From sequence record SRR20825006_1652: a stretch of 34,942 bases of DNA; one strand, 5' to 3'. The position numbers were made by a program, and so were the translations under genes. The notes under the pieces were generated by a model. The model worked only from the letters and a program-made list of their open reading frames with translations. It did not search any database and was not told the origin of the DNA. Numbering within the stretch: the stretch's first letter is position 1; each line of letters opens with the position of its first letter. Shown here one piece after another: positions 33,862 through 34,942 of the stretch.

Positions 33862-34941
33862 TCAATGCGCGTGGACATGGCCGTGGTGATGATGGTGCCC
33901 GTGATTCCCCTGGTTTTTGCCCGGTTCGAGCGCGGCGCATTCGCACTGCTCGCACTTCTCGCCCTCGCGCTCGACCTGGATGGTGATATGGTCGAGATCG
34001 AAAGCATCCTCGAGCGTCGAGATAGCGAGGCGCCGCATCTCGGGCTCATCGCATCGATCCTCGATGGTCATATGAAAGGTCAGGATGGCGCGGTGACCGT
34101 CGAGCGTCCACGCGTGCAGGTGGTGGATGTCGCTGACGCCATCGAGTGAGAGCAGCGCCTCTTCGATCTTCTCGACCTCCAACCTGGCTGGTGCAAACTG
34201 CAAGAGCACACGCGATGAATCGCGCAGCAGCGCGATCGTCCCCCACAGGATCAGCACCACGGTGAGGAGCGAGATGATCGGGTCCGCGAGCGGGAAGCCG
34301 AGGTAGAGGAACAGGGCCGCAAAGATCGCGCCGACGGAGCCGAGCGCATCCGCGAGCATATGAGCCAGCGCGCCGCGCACGTTCATGTTCTCGCGATCGC
34401 CTCTGGCGAGGTTGAACGCGCTGCCAAGGTTGATGAGCAGCCCGATGATACCCACCACGAGGATGGGCATCGAGGCGACCTCCGGGGTTTCGCCGACCAT
34501 GCGGTGGATCGCCTCGTGGACGATGAATCCGCAGATGACGAGGAGGGCGACGGCGTTGAGAAACGCGCCGAGGATCTCGGCCCTCACCCACCCGAAGCTC
34601 TTCTGCATGCTGGCGGCCTTACCCGCGGCGATGCTCGCCGCGAGCGCCACGCCCAGCGCCGCGACATCGCCGACCATGTGGCCTGCGTCCGAGAGCAGCG
34701 CGAGCGAGTTGGTGATAAAGCCCACGGTCGCCTCGATGATGAGGAAGCCACCGTTGAGGACCAGCGCCCAGATGAGGGCACGCCGCGTCGCATTGCCTAT
34801 ATCGTTGTCGTGCGAGTGATCATGATGGTCGTGATCCTCGGTATGATCGTGGCCATCATGACCGTGAGCGTGCGCGTGGTCATGGTCGTGAGCATGCTCA
34901 TGCTCACGGTCATGCTCGTGCTCGTGCTCGTGCTCGTGCTC
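33862..34941 (-). CDS. Cation diffusion facilitator (CzcD/ZitB-like) Zn/Co/Cd transporter, 5' end outside the window
   Basis: SLALLSDAGHMVGD, SFGWVRAEILGAFLNA, NVRGALAHMLADALGS, HHLHAW and HITIQVE. The frame stays open to the window edge through a His-rich N-terminal tail. Confidence 0.92.
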   Translation of the reverse strand, partial: EHEHEHEHEHDREHEHAHDHDHAHAHGHDGHDHTEDHDHHDHSHDNDIGNATRRALIWALVLNGGFLIIEATVGFITNSLALLSDAGHMVGDVAALGVALAASIAAGKAASMQKSFGWVRAEILGAFLNAVALLVICGFIVHEAIHRMVGETPEVASMPILVVGIIGLLINLGSAFNLARGDRENMNVRGALAHMLADALGSVGAIFAALFLYLGFPLADPIISLLTVVLILWGTIALLRDSSRVLLQFAPARLEVEKIEEALLSLDGVSDIHHLHAWTLDGHRAILTFHMTIEDRCDEPEMRRLAISTLEDAFDLDHITIQVEREGEKCEQCECAALEPGKNQGNHGHHHHHGHVHAH

Positions 34942-34942
34942 G
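34913..34942. repeat. Hexamer tandem repeat (TGCTCG) x5 or more, encoding (Glu-His)n
   Basis: Five exact copies run to the window end. Confidence 0.9.

Overview
This is a GC-rich bacterial chromosome segment. Its gene content and style suggest a Myxococcota/Bradymonadia-like organism (inference). It holds about 22 CDSs; I found no tRNA, rRNA or CRISPR array. The left arm (minus strand) carries a ~2,900-aa protein with a sacsin-type GHKL/Hsp90-like ATPase, about 12 short internal repeats and a C-terminal transglutaminase-like Cys-His-Asp domain. It is followed by a TPR lipoprotein, mtnB and a TolB-like lipoprotein. The middle contains a pirin/LysR pair, gltX, a YihY-family gene that apparently starts at CTG, an Rpn nuclease with a likely internal antitoxin start, a DUF4132-like gene, a three-gene operon of exported proteins, tpx and an S8 protease. 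The right arm has a phage-type Sak4/AAA_24 ATPase, an AlkB-like dioxygenase, a hypothetical gene and a macrodomain gene. The first and last of these are each preceded by the same LexA-box-like motif, making this a candidate SOS-induced repair module. A His-rich CDF transporter is cut by the window edge. Three 82-86 nt near-perfect hairpins of shared architecture lie in intergenic regions. All family calls come from motif recognition by eye; no searches were run.
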